In this document: piece by piece, positions 11,249-20,465 of the stretch
Numbering within the stretch: position 1 is the stretch's first letter
How the letters are laid out: each line of letters opens with the position of its first letter
Source of the DNA: Raphidiopsis brookii D9
Lineage (GTDB): Bacteria > Cyanobacteriota > Cyanobacteriia > Cyanobacteriales > Nostocaceae
Reading direction: 5' to 3'
Assembly (NCBI GenBank): GCA_000175855.1
Contig: ACYB01000035.1
Coordinates: 330,001 to 362,000 of the forward strand
DNA length: 32,000 nt
Notes under the pieces: model-generated
What the model saw: the letters and a program-made list of their open reading frames with translations, nothing else
Told to the model about the DNA's origin: nothing
Database searches by the model: none
Position numbers and translations under genes: made by a program

Positions 11249-12742
11249 ATGAGTAGTATTACCTTTCAAGAACTAGGCATTTCCCCAGAACGTGCGACCC
11301 ATCTAGAAAACATGGGGTTTACCACACCGACCAACATCCAGTCCCAAGCTATTCCCCAATTATTAGCGGGAAGGGACGTGGTAGGTCAGTCTCAGACTGG
11401 TACGGGTAAAACAGCAGCTTTTTCCCTGCCTATATTAGAGAGACTAGATCCTAACAAGAGAGCAGTACAGGCTTTAGTGTTAACTCCCACTCGTGAATTA
11501 GCAATGCAAGTTCATGATGCCATTTCCCAGTTTATGGGTGATAGTGAGCTGCGAGTATTAGCCATTTATGGTGGTCAATCCATTGACCGACAAATGATCC
11601 AATTAAAACGGGGCGTACATGTAGTAGTGGGAACTCCAGGAAGGGTAATTGACCTCTTGGAACGAGGTAGTTTAAAACTTGACCAAGTGAAATGGTTTGT
11701 TTTAGACGAAGCGGATGAAATGTTAAGCATGGGATTTATTGATGATGTGATTAAAATTCTCTCCCAAGCACCCCAGGAGCGTCAAACTGCACTTTTTTCG
11801 GCTACCATGCCCCCCTCTATTCGCCAATTGGTGAATAAGTTTCTCAATTCTCCCGTCACAGTGACCGTGGAGCAACCCAAAGCTACACCTACTAAAATTA
11901 ATCAAGTAGCCTATTTAATACCCAGACACTGGACTAAGGCTAAGGCCCTACAACCAATTCTGGAGATGGAAGATCCGGAAACAGCCTTAATTTTCGTGCG
12001 TACTCGTCGTACTGCTGCGGAGCTGACAAATCAATTGCAGTCCGCTGGTCACAGTGTAGATGAATACCACGGAGATTTATCTCAACAAGCTAGGGAAAGA
12101 TTATTAACCCGGTTCCGCAATCGTCAAGTACGATGGGTAGTAGCAACGGATATTGCTGCGCGGGGATTAGATGTTGATCTACTTTCCCACGTGATTAACT
12201 TCGACCTACCAGATAGCGTAGAAACCTATGTTCACCGGATTGGGAGAACGGGACGTGCTGGTAAGGAAGGAACTGCAATATCACTGGTTCAACCCTTTGA
12301 AAGAAGAAAGCAGCAGGCTTTTGAACGTCATAATCGCCAAAACTGGCAAGTATTGTCAATTCCCACCAGAGCCCAAATCGAGGCTAAACATATTCAGAAG
12401 TTAAAAGAGCAGGTTTCGGAAGCTCTCGCTGGTGAAAGATTAGCCTCCTTCCTTCCCATAATTAGTGAATTGACGGAAAAATATGATGCTCAAGCTATTG
12501 CAGCAGCAGCTTTACAATTGGCTTATGACCAGACACGTCCTGCTTGGTTACAAAATGGAGTAGATATTCCTGTGGAAGAACCCACACCCAAGCCAAAAAT
12601 CAACAAACGACGTGAGAGTGGTGATGGTAATGGAGTAGGTCGTGGTCGTTCTTGGTCTAAATCTGATTATGGTGACGAGAGCAAACCCACACCCAAACCA
12701 AAATTGAGACGTCGGGAACCATCGGTTAGTCCCAGCAATTAG
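11249..12742 (+). CDS. DEAD-box ATP-dependent RNA helicase (CsdA/DeaD/CrhR-like)
   Basis: Q-motif, SQTGTGKTAAF, PTRELA, VLDEADEML, SATMPP, VATDIAARGLD, HRIGRTGRAG; basic low-complexity C-terminal tail. Confidence 0.95.
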   Translation: MSSITFQELGISPERATHLENMGFTTPTNIQSQAIPQLLAGRDVVGQSQTGTGKTAAFSLPILERLDPNKRAVQALVLTPTRELAMQVHDAISQFMGDSELRVLAIYGGQSIDRQMIQLKRGVHVVVGTPGRVIDLLERGSLKLDQVKWFVLDEADEMLSMGFIDDVIKILSQAPQERQTALFSATMPPSIRQLVNKFLNSPVTVTVEQPKATPTKINQVAYLIPRHWTKAKALQPILEMEDPETALIFVRTRRTAAELTNQLQSAGHSVDEYHGDLSQQARERLLTRFRNRQVRWVVATDIAARGLDVDLLSHVINFDLPDSVETYVHRIGRTGRAGKEGTAISLVQPFERRKQQAFERHNRQNWQVLSIPTRAQIEAKHIQKLKEQVSEALAGERLASFLPIISELTEKYDAQAIAAAALQLAYDQTRPAWLQNGVDIPVEEPTPKPKINKRRESGDGNGVGRGRSWSKSDYGDESKPTPKPKLRRREPSVSPSN

Positions 12743-12850
12743 GATCTTTTATTGGGGGAAGACTTTATGTATTGAGCGATCGCCCCCCATCATAAGCTTC
12801 CAACAACTACTGTGCATCCTGTTTAGTAGTTGACAGCACTAGTGCTAAAT

Positions 12851-13352
12851 TTATTGACGTTCAATTTCTACAAACTTAAACTTAAAACCATTTTCTTCTA
12901 ATTTTTCCTCTTTTGGTTAATTTGCCAAAATTGCTAAATTCAGGAAAATATATATCACCTTCAAAACTCCCTTCCACAATTGTTAAATATAGCTTGTGCG
13001 CAAGTTCCATAGTCTGAGTATAAATTTGTTCTCCACCAGCAATAAATATCTCTTCTGTTTCACACATTTTGCTCCATTTAATTGCTTCCTCCAAAGAATG
13101 GAAAACCACACATCCAGGCGCTTGATAGTCAGTGTTTTTAGTTACAATAAGATTAGTACGATTTGGTAATGGATGATTGAAGGTAGCATAGGTTTTACGA
13201 CCCATAATTACAGGATGTCGCCAGGTAATTTCTTTAAAATAACGTCCATCACTGGGAATATCCCAGGGAATACCCCCACGAATGTGTTCATTTTTGGAAT
13301 CAGCTAAAATACGATCTTGGGAAATGGCAGCTATAAGACTAATAAGAGTCAT
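12851..13352 (-). pseudogene. Dihydrofolate reductase with a frameshifted C-terminus (ORF caller stops at 12882)
   Basis: N-terminus MTLISLIAAISQDRILA, GIPWDIPSDGRYFKEIT, VIMGRKTYATF, EIFIAGGEQIYTQT are DHFR. Removing one A from the AAAA run (plus-strand TTTT at 12911-12914) restores LTKEEKLEENGFKFKFVEIERQ* ending at 12851. Confidence 0.85.
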
Positions 13353-13463
13353 GATGGATAATACTCCTTGTTAATTTGTTTATTTGCTCTACATACCTCC
13401 AACTTTTTTAGTAAGGGGGTGTTTGACAGGGGATAACTAGACAAAAGCTATATGTTAATTTTT

Positions 13464-14870
13464 CTAGTCTTTTTGAATCGCATAGCATAAGGTACCAATA
13501 AACCATCCTGAATGCTGAGGACTTTTGGCAATTTCCGATTGCATAGTTTCCGTTCTAACTTTTAGGGCGGTAAAAAATTCTTGTAAATTATAGGTTTTGG
13601 AACCATCTTCCTCTCCGGTTCTGGTTTGCCAATCCCATTCTTTCCACCAATTGGGAACCGCTAGGGAAGAATTAATTAGATCAAACTGTAACTTGTAAAT
13701 ACCTGGTTCAGATAATTTATCAGGTTGGATAACTGCTGCAAATTTTGCTTGATTTTCCTCGGGGAGAATTTGCCAATCCTTTAATTCTATGGATGAAATT
13801 ATTTCTGAATTGCTATCGACCTGTACAAAAGTCCTCTTAAATCTATCAAACTTTTCACCTTTTACCTGAGCTTTAATCGTACTTGGATCTAGCAGTAAAC
13901 TATATTCTGAATGGAGGAAACTCACACCATAGTTAATGGTTGAACTCTGCTTTAAAGAAGAACTCAATTTTAGCATTTCCTGGTTACTTTTACTAACCAC
14001 CACACCCCCATTAACTAGGGAAAAAGGTTCAGTAATACCCTGTGGTAAGGACATGGGTGTCGCATCTAAAACAGAGATTTTATCCAATATATGATCAGGA
14101 TGAAAAATCATGAACTTGCTGTTATCACTATTTAGCAAAGCCTGATTTGTATTGTATTTTTTCAGCTGACTGAAATAGTATTTAATATCGCCATAAGGTC
14201 CAACAAATAATACATAAAATGGACGAAACTTTGCCGATTCTTGACCTGTATTATAGTCAAAACTTCTTGGATTGTTACCCTCTAAATAAATCTTACCGTC
14301 AAATTCACTTTTAATAGCCCAAATTCCTACCGCATAATCTCGATTCTCAATATTATAATAAGTATTATTAATTAATTTATTTAGCTTGGTTACATCTCCA
14401 CTATTTTGCTGCAGATCAGTAATAATCACAGTCATTTTTTTCTGCTCCTTTTCCGGGGAAATAATAGCAGCATCTATGGGACTGGAAACTTCTGGAAACT
14501 GGTTACTACTGCCATCATAAAATGTGGTGGTAACTCCATAATTATAGTATTCACTACTGGTGATCTTTTGCATAGGGCTACCAATTCGATAATATTCAAC
14601 CGGCAATTTATCACTTAACTCAAATAAATTTCTGATTGACTTGAGAGTGCTAACGTAGTTGGTTTCTCCCCCTCTTACATATCCTAACATGGAGCCACTA
14701 CCATCCAAGTAAATGCTTACACTGAGGTTATTTGATTTACTAGTATTAGCATTCTCCGCTGGAGTATGGCCAAGTTCGCATTTCAACTCTTCTTTTTTGT
14801 TACAAGCCACTATAAAAAGACTAAGTAACAACATAATCAAGCCTTTGCGGAAGTATGCTTCATGTATCAT
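13464..14870 (-). CDS. Predicted lipoprotein with a von Willebrand factor A-like domain
   Basis: N-terminal GLIMLLLSLFIVAC lipobox; MIDAS-like SVSIYLDGSGSMLGY (DxSxS) and MTVIITDLQQNSGD. Conserved architecture, function unknown. Confidence 0.75.
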   Translation of the reverse strand: MIHEAYFRKGLIMLLLSLFIVACNKKEELKCELGHTPAENANTSKSNNLSVSIYLDGSGSMLGYVRGGETNYVSTLKSIRNLFELSDKLPVEYYRIGSPMQKITSSEYYNYGVTTTFYDGSSNQFPEVSSPIDAAIISPEKEQKKMTVIITDLQQNSGDVTKLNKLINNTYYNIENRDYAVGIWAIKSEFDGKIYLEGNNPRSFDYNTGQESAKFRPFYVLFVGPYGDIKYYFSQLKKYNTNQALLNSDNSKFMIFHPDHILDKISVLDATPMSLPQGITEPFSLVNGGVVVSKSNQEMLKLSSSLKQSSTINYGVSFLHSEYSLLLDPSTIKAQVKGEKFDRFKRTFVQVDSNSEIISSIELKDWQILPEENQAKFAAVIQPDKLSEPGIYKLQFDLINSSLAVPNWWKEWDWQTRTGEEDGSKTYNLQEFFTALKVRTETMQSEIAKSPQHSGWFIGTLCYAIQKD

Positions 14871-15054
14871 TTTTAACTCCTATTTGTCAAAATTATTTTA
14901 TTACTTATTATAAAATAATATTAAGTAACTTTACCACCAGTTCTATTGCAAATCCAAGAGTAGTATGTTAGCATAAGGGGAAACAACCATACTGAGTTTC
15001 AACAAAACGAGAAAATATTACAATATAAAAAAATACAAAAAATAGGGAGGGTTA

Positions 15055-15525
15055 ATGAAGTCCTGGCAACAAAGGATTATTGCATTCGCTTTCATTGGTG
15101 GAATCGTGATGTTTTTAGGACAAAGGGTAGTCTATGAGAATCAAATTGTACCCATTCAGCAAGTGCCAGTAGACGCTTGGCTGGTTAGTGACTATACCAA
15201 TGCTGCTCTCGCCATGTTTTTTGCTTGTCTTGTTTCAACATTACTTTGGTGTGCATTGGCAGAAAAGAGTCGCTTCAATGATGGAGCCGCTACAGCTCGA
15301 TGGAGATTACTCTGGTGGTTATTGGGAATAATACCAATGGTGACCATTGCGATCGCGGTTTTTTACATTAATCGGAGTAGCGAAGCTCACTTTTCACTAA
15401 TGGCATTCTTTTTGCTGGATGCCATCTTACTGTACTGGTTACCAACAGCAACCAGCTCCCCTGAAGCAGTAAAATATGTTCCACCATTGGCCTTTTGGTT
15501 GCGTCATAAACTAATGGGAGACTGA
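15055..15525 (+). CDS. Small predicted integral membrane protein (about 4 TM), first gene of the accessory run
   Basis: Hydrophobic segments IIAFAFIGGIVMFLG, AALAMFFACLVSTLLWCAL, LLWWLLGIIPMVTIAIAVFYI, LMAFFLLDAILLYWL. It ends 6 nt before the next ORF. Confidence 0.75.
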   Translation: MKSWQQRIIAFAFIGGIVMFLGQRVVYENQIVPIQQVPVDAWLVSDYTNAALAMFFACLVSTLLWCALAEKSRFNDGAATARWRLLWWLLGIIPMVTIAIAVFYINRSSEAHFSLMAFFLLDAILLYWLPTATSSPEAVKYVPPLAFWLRHKLMGD

Positions 15526-15531
15526 GGAAAA

Positions 15532-16467
15532 ATGTCAATTTATGTGATTGGAATTGGTGGTACTGGGGCTAAATCTATTGAAGCAATAATTCAATTAACA
15601 GCTATTGGACTCTTTGGGGAACAATCTGTAAAGTTATTGTTTGTGGACACTGATGAAACCAATGGTAATGTTTCCAGAGCGTTGAATAGTTTAGACACTT
15701 ACAATAAATGTTATGAGCTAGGACTAAATGGTAAATACCCGTGGATGCGCACAGAGATTGAACCCTTCCCCCTATGGTCACCATTCGCCGATAATCTTAC
15801 TAACAAAAACCTGGCAGTTATTTTTAACTACAATCTGGTCAAAGAAAATGATGCAGCTCTGGGTAATTTATTTGATGTACTTTATACATCAAAAGAGCGA
15901 GAAGCCAACTTGGACGTGGGTTTTAGGGGGAGACCTAACATTGGTGCGGCGGTGATGAGCCAAGTAAAAATGGATACTATTGATAATGATTTTTGGGGAA
16001 GTTTGATGGGTAAAATTCAGCAAGATACGGGAGGAGGAAAGCGACCAAAAATCTTTTTATGTGGTTCAATTTTTGGGGGAACAGGAGCTTCAGGACTGCC
16101 AACCATTGGGAGATTAATTCATAATAGATTGGAAACACTAAAAATTAGGGAGAAAGTGGATTTAGGGTGTCTATTTGTCTTGCCTTATTTTAGCTTTACA
16201 CCTGATGAGAATTCAGAGGAAGTTTACGCCCGTTCTGAACAGTTTCTTTTAAACACAGAGGCGGCACTCCGTTATTATGGCAGTCAGCCCCAGGAAATAT
16301 TTGACGTGGTTTATTTATTGGGTAATCAGCAATTATCCACGGTCAAAAAGTTCAGTATTGGCAAAAATACCCAGTGTAATGATCCTCATTTTATTGAACT
16401 TTATGCCGCGTTAGCAGCGCGACAGTTTTCATTAAAAACTACCCCGGGACAAAAACGGTGGTATTAA
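15532..16467 (+). CDS. Tubulin/FtsZ-like GTPase-fold protein, N-terminal part (see the frameshift finding)
   Basis: Rossmann-like start MSIYVIGIGGTGAKSIEAIIQL; glycine-rich signature FLCGSIFGGTGASGLPTIGRLI; VDTDETNGN; NDPHFIELYAALAARQF. Resembles Tubulin_2-type tubulin-like domain proteins. Confidence 0.7.
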   Translation: MSIYVIGIGGTGAKSIEAIIQLTAIGLFGEQSVKLLFVDTDETNGNVSRALNSLDTYNKCYELGLNGKYPWMRTEIEPFPLWSPFADNLTNKNLAVIFNYNLVKENDAALGNLFDVLYTSKEREANLDVGFRGRPNIGAAVMSQVKMDTIDNDFWGSLMGKIQQDTGGGKRPKIFLCGSIFGGTGASGLPTIGRLIHNRLETLKIREKVDLGCLFVLPYFSFTPDENSEEVYARSEQFLLNTEAALRYYGSQPQEIFDVVYLLGNQQLSTVKKFSIGKNTQCNDPHFIELYAALAARQFSLKTTPGQKRWY

Positions 16468-17039
16468 TGAATAGAGAAAATTCAAGAAACCTAACCTGGA
16501 AGGATATTCCAGATATGCAGGAAGTTTATCCAGAAATTGTAAATGCTACTCGTTTTGCCCTGGTTTGGTTATCTAATATTGCCCCGGAATTAGAACAGGC
16601 TAAAAAGATGGGTGAAAAAGTTTTTAGAACTGGTGCTGGTAGAAGTTGGTTTGTTAAATTTTTCCCAGCTTCCAGAGGGATTTTAGGAGGAGGTAGTCAA
16701 CCAATCGTTGATTTCAACAACATTAAAGAACAAGAGGCAATACAAATAATTAGCAATTGGTGTAACGACTATTTACGCTGGCTATGGAGTATTCATCAGT
16801 GTCAGGAAGAGAGTATTCAATTATTTAATGGAGATTATCTAAATACAGGAAATCTCAATGCCGAAAATCTAGCCAATTTAATTATTGAACAAACCGATAG
16901 TCGAGATAGAAACAAAAAGTCCCTGGATACAATTCAGAAACTTAAAGAAAGATTAGATCCTCAATCTATACCTGCGCCCAATTTTGGGGTTATTGGGCTT
17001 GCTAAATCTTTGTATCATGTTTGTAGGTTAACAGACTAA
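16458..17039 (+). CDS. Probable C-terminal continuation of the tubulin-like protein in the -1 frame
   Basis: 10-nt overlap with 15532..16467 and no independent RBS/ATG (it starts at GTG inside the upstream ORF). Adding one A to the A5 run at 16451-16455 gives a continuous product of about 502 aa (...TTPGQKTVVLMNRENSRNLTWKDIPD...). Confidence 0.6.
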   Translation: MVLMNRENSRNLTWKDIPDMQEVYPEIVNATRFALVWLSNIAPELEQAKKMGEKVFRTGAGRSWFVKFFPASRGILGGGSQPIVDFNNIKEQEAIQIISNWCNDYLRWLWSIHQCQEESIQLFNGDYLNTGNLNAENLANLIIEQTDSRDRNKKSLDTIQKLKERLDPQSIPAPNFGVIGLAKSLYHVCRLTD

Positions 17040-17089
17040 GAAATACTTGATTGAAAATTGGTGAATTAAAAAAGCAAGGGAAACTATAT

Positions 17090-17545
17090 ATGACAAGTTT
17101 ATTGTTACCAAGACTCAAAGATGATTGCGATGTTAAATCTGGAGTTGCTGGTGTGTGGGATGCTCAAGCACCAAATACCTTTAATCAAGTTGCTTCCAGT
17201 TTGGATTACAAAGCACCGGGAGAAATCAAAAATATCAGCTCTGTCCCCACTATTTGGGCCCGTCCTTTATCAGTAGAAATGGCATTGCATAATGATAAGT
17301 ATCCAATTCGAGAACAAATCATTGTTCAGTGGCAAGGAATGTTAACGGTTTTAGCCTTAGCAGAAGTGCGCGGGTTCCCCATTAAAGCCCAACTTTTGGA
17401 ATTAGGAGCTAAAAAGGATACTGACAATTTTGCTCGTTCTTTATATGAACTGTTACCAGATGATGGCAATAGTATTTACAAATTCAGTAATAACAAAAAT
17501 CCTTGGGAAGATTTATATATTTTACCTGGGATAATTCTCCCGTAG
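17090..17545 (+). CDS. N-terminal part of the large Hsp70/actin-like protein (separated by a frameshift)
   Basis: ATG at 17090 (MTSLLLPRLKDDCDVKSGVAGVWDAQAPNTFNQVASSLDYKAPGEIKNISSVPTIWARPL...) ending in NPWEDLYIL. The next frame continues F-TWDNSPVGMTSPSTLVVPAEEG. Confidence 0.7.
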   Translation: MTSLLLPRLKDDCDVKSGVAGVWDAQAPNTFNQVASSLDYKAPGEIKNISSVPTIWARPLSVEMALHNDKYPIREQIIVQWQGMLTVLALAEVRGFPIKAQLLELGAKKDTDNFARSLYELLPDDGNSIYKFSNNKNPWEDLYILPGIILP

Positions 17546-20337
17546 GAATGACTTCTCCAAGCACCTTAGTTGTTCCCGCTGAAGAAGGTATTTGGAATGG
17601 TTTACCTTGGTGGAATTCTACTAAAATGAGGTTTGAACCAGTACATAAATATTTAAATGATATTGAAAAAGCCCAGCTAGTATTTTGGTTAGATAACCTA
17701 AAAACAGAAATTGGGAAGCACCAAGGTAATGCTAGAGCGGTAAACACTATAGTTGGGTTAATCAATGATTTTATTGGCAGTTTGTCAGTGGAATCTTTAC
17801 CCGATTTTCAATTGACAAGCAATACAACATTTTTTGATGTCCCCTTAAATAGGGGAGCTTTAGCTGGCATGAATCTTCCTGTGAAGGTTCAATGGAGAGA
17901 ATCTAATGTGCGGGTAATTCCCAGCATGAATAAAGCTAATGTTAGACCACTATTAATTGTGGATAAAGAGATAGCGACAAGCTGGAATGAGGTATTACAA
18001 AACATTTGGGTTCACGAGGGAAAAACCTTAGCAGCTTTGCGTCCTGAAGATATAGAAAGATGGAATAAAACTAAGGAAGTAATTTGCCTAGCATCACAGG
18101 ATTTATTCCTACCTGAATTAAAATTTATAGATAAAGAAGGCATTTTACCCGGTGCTTTGCTTCCTGATGGCGGACATTCCTTAGTATTTAAAGGTCAGCA
18201 TATTACGCCTTTAATTCCCATCAATCCAATTTTATTTAGCTATTTCACACCAGAAGATTTAGCCACGAAAATTATCAAGCTTCAACTAACTAGAAATAAT
18301 TCCGGTACATCCCTGGTTAGAGTAACTTTGTCTATCCCTTTATACGGAGTAAAACAAGGGCAAGGTTCCCAGAATTTTTATGTTTACAAAGAATACCCTC
18401 TCTTGGAAGAAAATATCATTACAGAAGTGCCAGTTTTGGAAATATGGCCGGATTTCCGTGTAGAGGGATGGCAAGAATATTATGGCTTTTACTATGATGC
18501 TGCTTTGGGGGAAGACACCTTTCAAGTCAGTTTTCCTGCTGCCAAAAACACGCATAGTTTTAAAGAAGGACGGGATGCTTATCAAGTAGTTCATTTAGAA
18601 GAGTTTCCATCTTTTATTGACTGTAAAGATATCCATAAAAATACCATTGGTCTGATTTTGCTATCAACTCCAGAACAAATTAACCTAGATGGTAAATGGG
18701 TCGTTGGTGTTGACTTTGGCACATCTTTTACCAACATTTACGTCAATAAAAATAGTAGAGTTGTGGAACGTCTGGGACGAGAAAATCTCCACCGTAAAGT
18801 TACAGATGTTGCTATTGATACTAGATTCCCTAGCCTGTTTGAATTTTTCATTCCCGAAAGCTTTATTCCTGTGGATAAGCCTTTTCCCCTATCGACGGTA
18901 TTAACAACTAGGGGGAAAACTAATGCTAGGGAAGAACAAGTAAGTCCAATTTTTGATGGGCGCATTTATAGTCCTAACCTTAAAGGTTTTTCTCCCCAAG
19001 AAACATGGATAAAAACCAACTTAAAGTGGTCAACTACTAATCTTACAGATAATGAATTATTCCTCAAACACTTGGCGTTACATATTACAGCTCTAGCTGC
19101 TAGTAATGGCGTAAAAGAAATTCAATGGTCTTTATCATTTCCCTCAGCCTTCTCCTCGAGAGAACAAAATAGATACGCCTCAACGTGGAAAAGATTATTG
19201 TCTAAATTAGACCAAACTACAGGAATTAGCCATGTTATTCCAGAAAAAGATGATCCTAATTATTTTCGGACTGAAAGTATAGCATTTGCCCAATACTTTG
19301 CTGAACAAGAAAAAGGGTGTGATTTAGTTGGCAGTACCTGTATTGATATGGGTGGTGGTACTGCGGATATTTCTATCTGGGAAGATGATAAACTCCTACA
19401 TCAGTGTTCGATTTTGTTAGCGGGTAGTGAACTGTTTTCCCAGTTCATAGAAATGAAACCTAACTTTTTGAAAAAACTGGATCCTGATATTAAAGATATT
19501 AATGTTTGGGAAAGGCTAAGAGGTGCGGCTTTTAATGCTAAATTAGATGTGTGGATGCGTTTAGAGGCAGCAAATTGGTTAGAAAATAAAAGGGATAGAT
19601 TTGAGGAGGATAAGGAATTTCAAGGTCTAATCCGTCTTATGGCAATTGGTATTGCTGGATTATATTTCTATATAGGTCAAATTCTCTTTGTTCTCTCTCA
19701 AGAGGGAAAATATTCAAGAGATGAAATTACCCGAGTTTATATTGGTGGGAATGGTTCCCGTTTATTACACTGGTTAGCAGAAGGTGGTGAATTTACTCGT
19801 CACTCAGAAATCAATGGTTTATTTAATCAAATGATGACTGTATCTGCCAAATTAGCAGACACGGAGGAACCTACACGTCTGAGTCAAAACCCTAAAGATG
19901 AAGCTGCTTGCGGTTTAGTTTTAAGAACAAGAGAATTAGAAGGTTTGGGTAAAAAGGATAAGGATCCCATTATTGCTGGTGAAGATTGTATTATCAGTGG
20001 TGAAAGGTTTGGTTACCAAGAACGGTTAGATTTTAGAGGTAACAGTGTTACCCAATATGAAATTCCATCCCTAGGTCAATTGAAGTTGTTTTTAGATGCT
20101 TTTCACATCGGTTTAGATGATTTGGGTATTGAAACCATAAAGCCATTAGAAAAATACCGGGTTAAAGACCCAGGTTCAGAATATAATGTGAAATTGTGGC
20201 GTGCAACAGAAAGGGATTTGAGAAATTCTCTTAATGCTATCCAGGGTAATATTGAAGACATTAGAGAAGAACCCCCTTTTATAATGGCATTAAAAGCACT
20301 TCTAAGAGTCCTAGGTAGAGAATGGGCTGGGAAATAA
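17503..20337 (+). CDS. Large Hsp70/actin-like ATPase with a long N-terminal region of unknown function
   Basis: Phosphate-1 motif VVGVDFGTSFTNIYV (18700-18744), phosphate-2 motif STCIDMGGGTADISIWEDDKLLH (19333 onward) and adenosine-type motif RVYIGGNGSRLLHWL. SLSFPSAFSSREQNRY matches the ASKHA-fold spacing. Confidence 0.8.
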   Translation: MGRFIYFTWDNSPVGMTSPSTLVVPAEEGIWNGLPWWNSTKMRFEPVHKYLNDIEKAQLVFWLDNLKTEIGKHQGNARAVNTIVGLINDFIGSLSVESLPDFQLTSNTTFFDVPLNRGALAGMNLPVKVQWRESNVRVIPSMNKANVRPLLIVDKEIATSWNEVLQNIWVHEGKTLAALRPEDIERWNKTKEVICLASQDLFLPELKFIDKEGILPGALLPDGGHSLVFKGQHITPLIPINPILFSYFTPEDLATKIIKLQLTRNNSGTSLVRVTLSIPLYGVKQGQGSQNFYVYKEYPLLEENIITEVPVLEIWPDFRVEGWQEYYGFYYDAALGEDTFQVSFPAAKNTHSFKEGRDAYQVVHLEEFPSFIDCKDIHKNTIGLILLSTPEQINLDGKWVVGVDFGTSFTNIYVNKNSRVVERLGRENLHRKVTDVAIDTRFPSLFEFFIPESFIPVDKPFPLSTVLTTRGKTNAREEQVSPIFDGRIYSPNLKGFSPQETWIKTNLKWSTTNLTDNELFLKHLALHITALAASNGVKEIQWSLSFPSAFSSREQNRYASTWKRLLSKLDQTTGISHVIPEKDDPNYFRTESIAFAQYFAEQEKGCDLVGSTCIDMGGGTADISIWEDDKLLHQCSILLAGSELFSQFIEMKPNFLKKLDPDIKDINVWERLRGAAFNAKLDVWMRLEAANWLENKRDRFEEDKEFQGLIRLMAIGIAGLYFYIGQILFVLSQEGKYSRDEITRVYIGGNGSRLLHWLAEGGEFTRHSEINGLFNQMMTVSAKLADTEEPTRLSQNPKDEAACGLVLRTRELEGLGKKDKDPIIAGEDCIISGERFGYQERLDFRGNSVTQYEIPSLGQLKLFLDAFHIGLDDLGIETIKPLEKYRVKDPGSEYNVKLWRATERDLRNSLNAIQGNIEDIREEPPFIMALKALLRVLGREWAGK

Positions 20338-20465
20338 ATTAGATGTTACCTGGAGGCTTTAATTTTATTAAAGCGCCATTGATAAATAGACTTAACTAAA
20401 TTGAGTAAATCCAATTGCTCGCTTACTTCCTTAAACCTATCCCTTGCTGAAGTTAGAGGTTGAAA

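Noticed and set aside
16445-16470. Programmed -1 ribosomal frameshift in the tubulin-like gene
   Set aside because: In-frame junction GGA CAA AAA CGG lacks a canonical X XXY YYZ heptamer and I see no clear downstream pseudoknot; not excluded, but not supported.
17484-17765. 93-aa minus-strand ORF across the Hsp70-like junction
   Set aside because: Antisense to a conserved coding stretch that is explained by a frameshifted sense gene.
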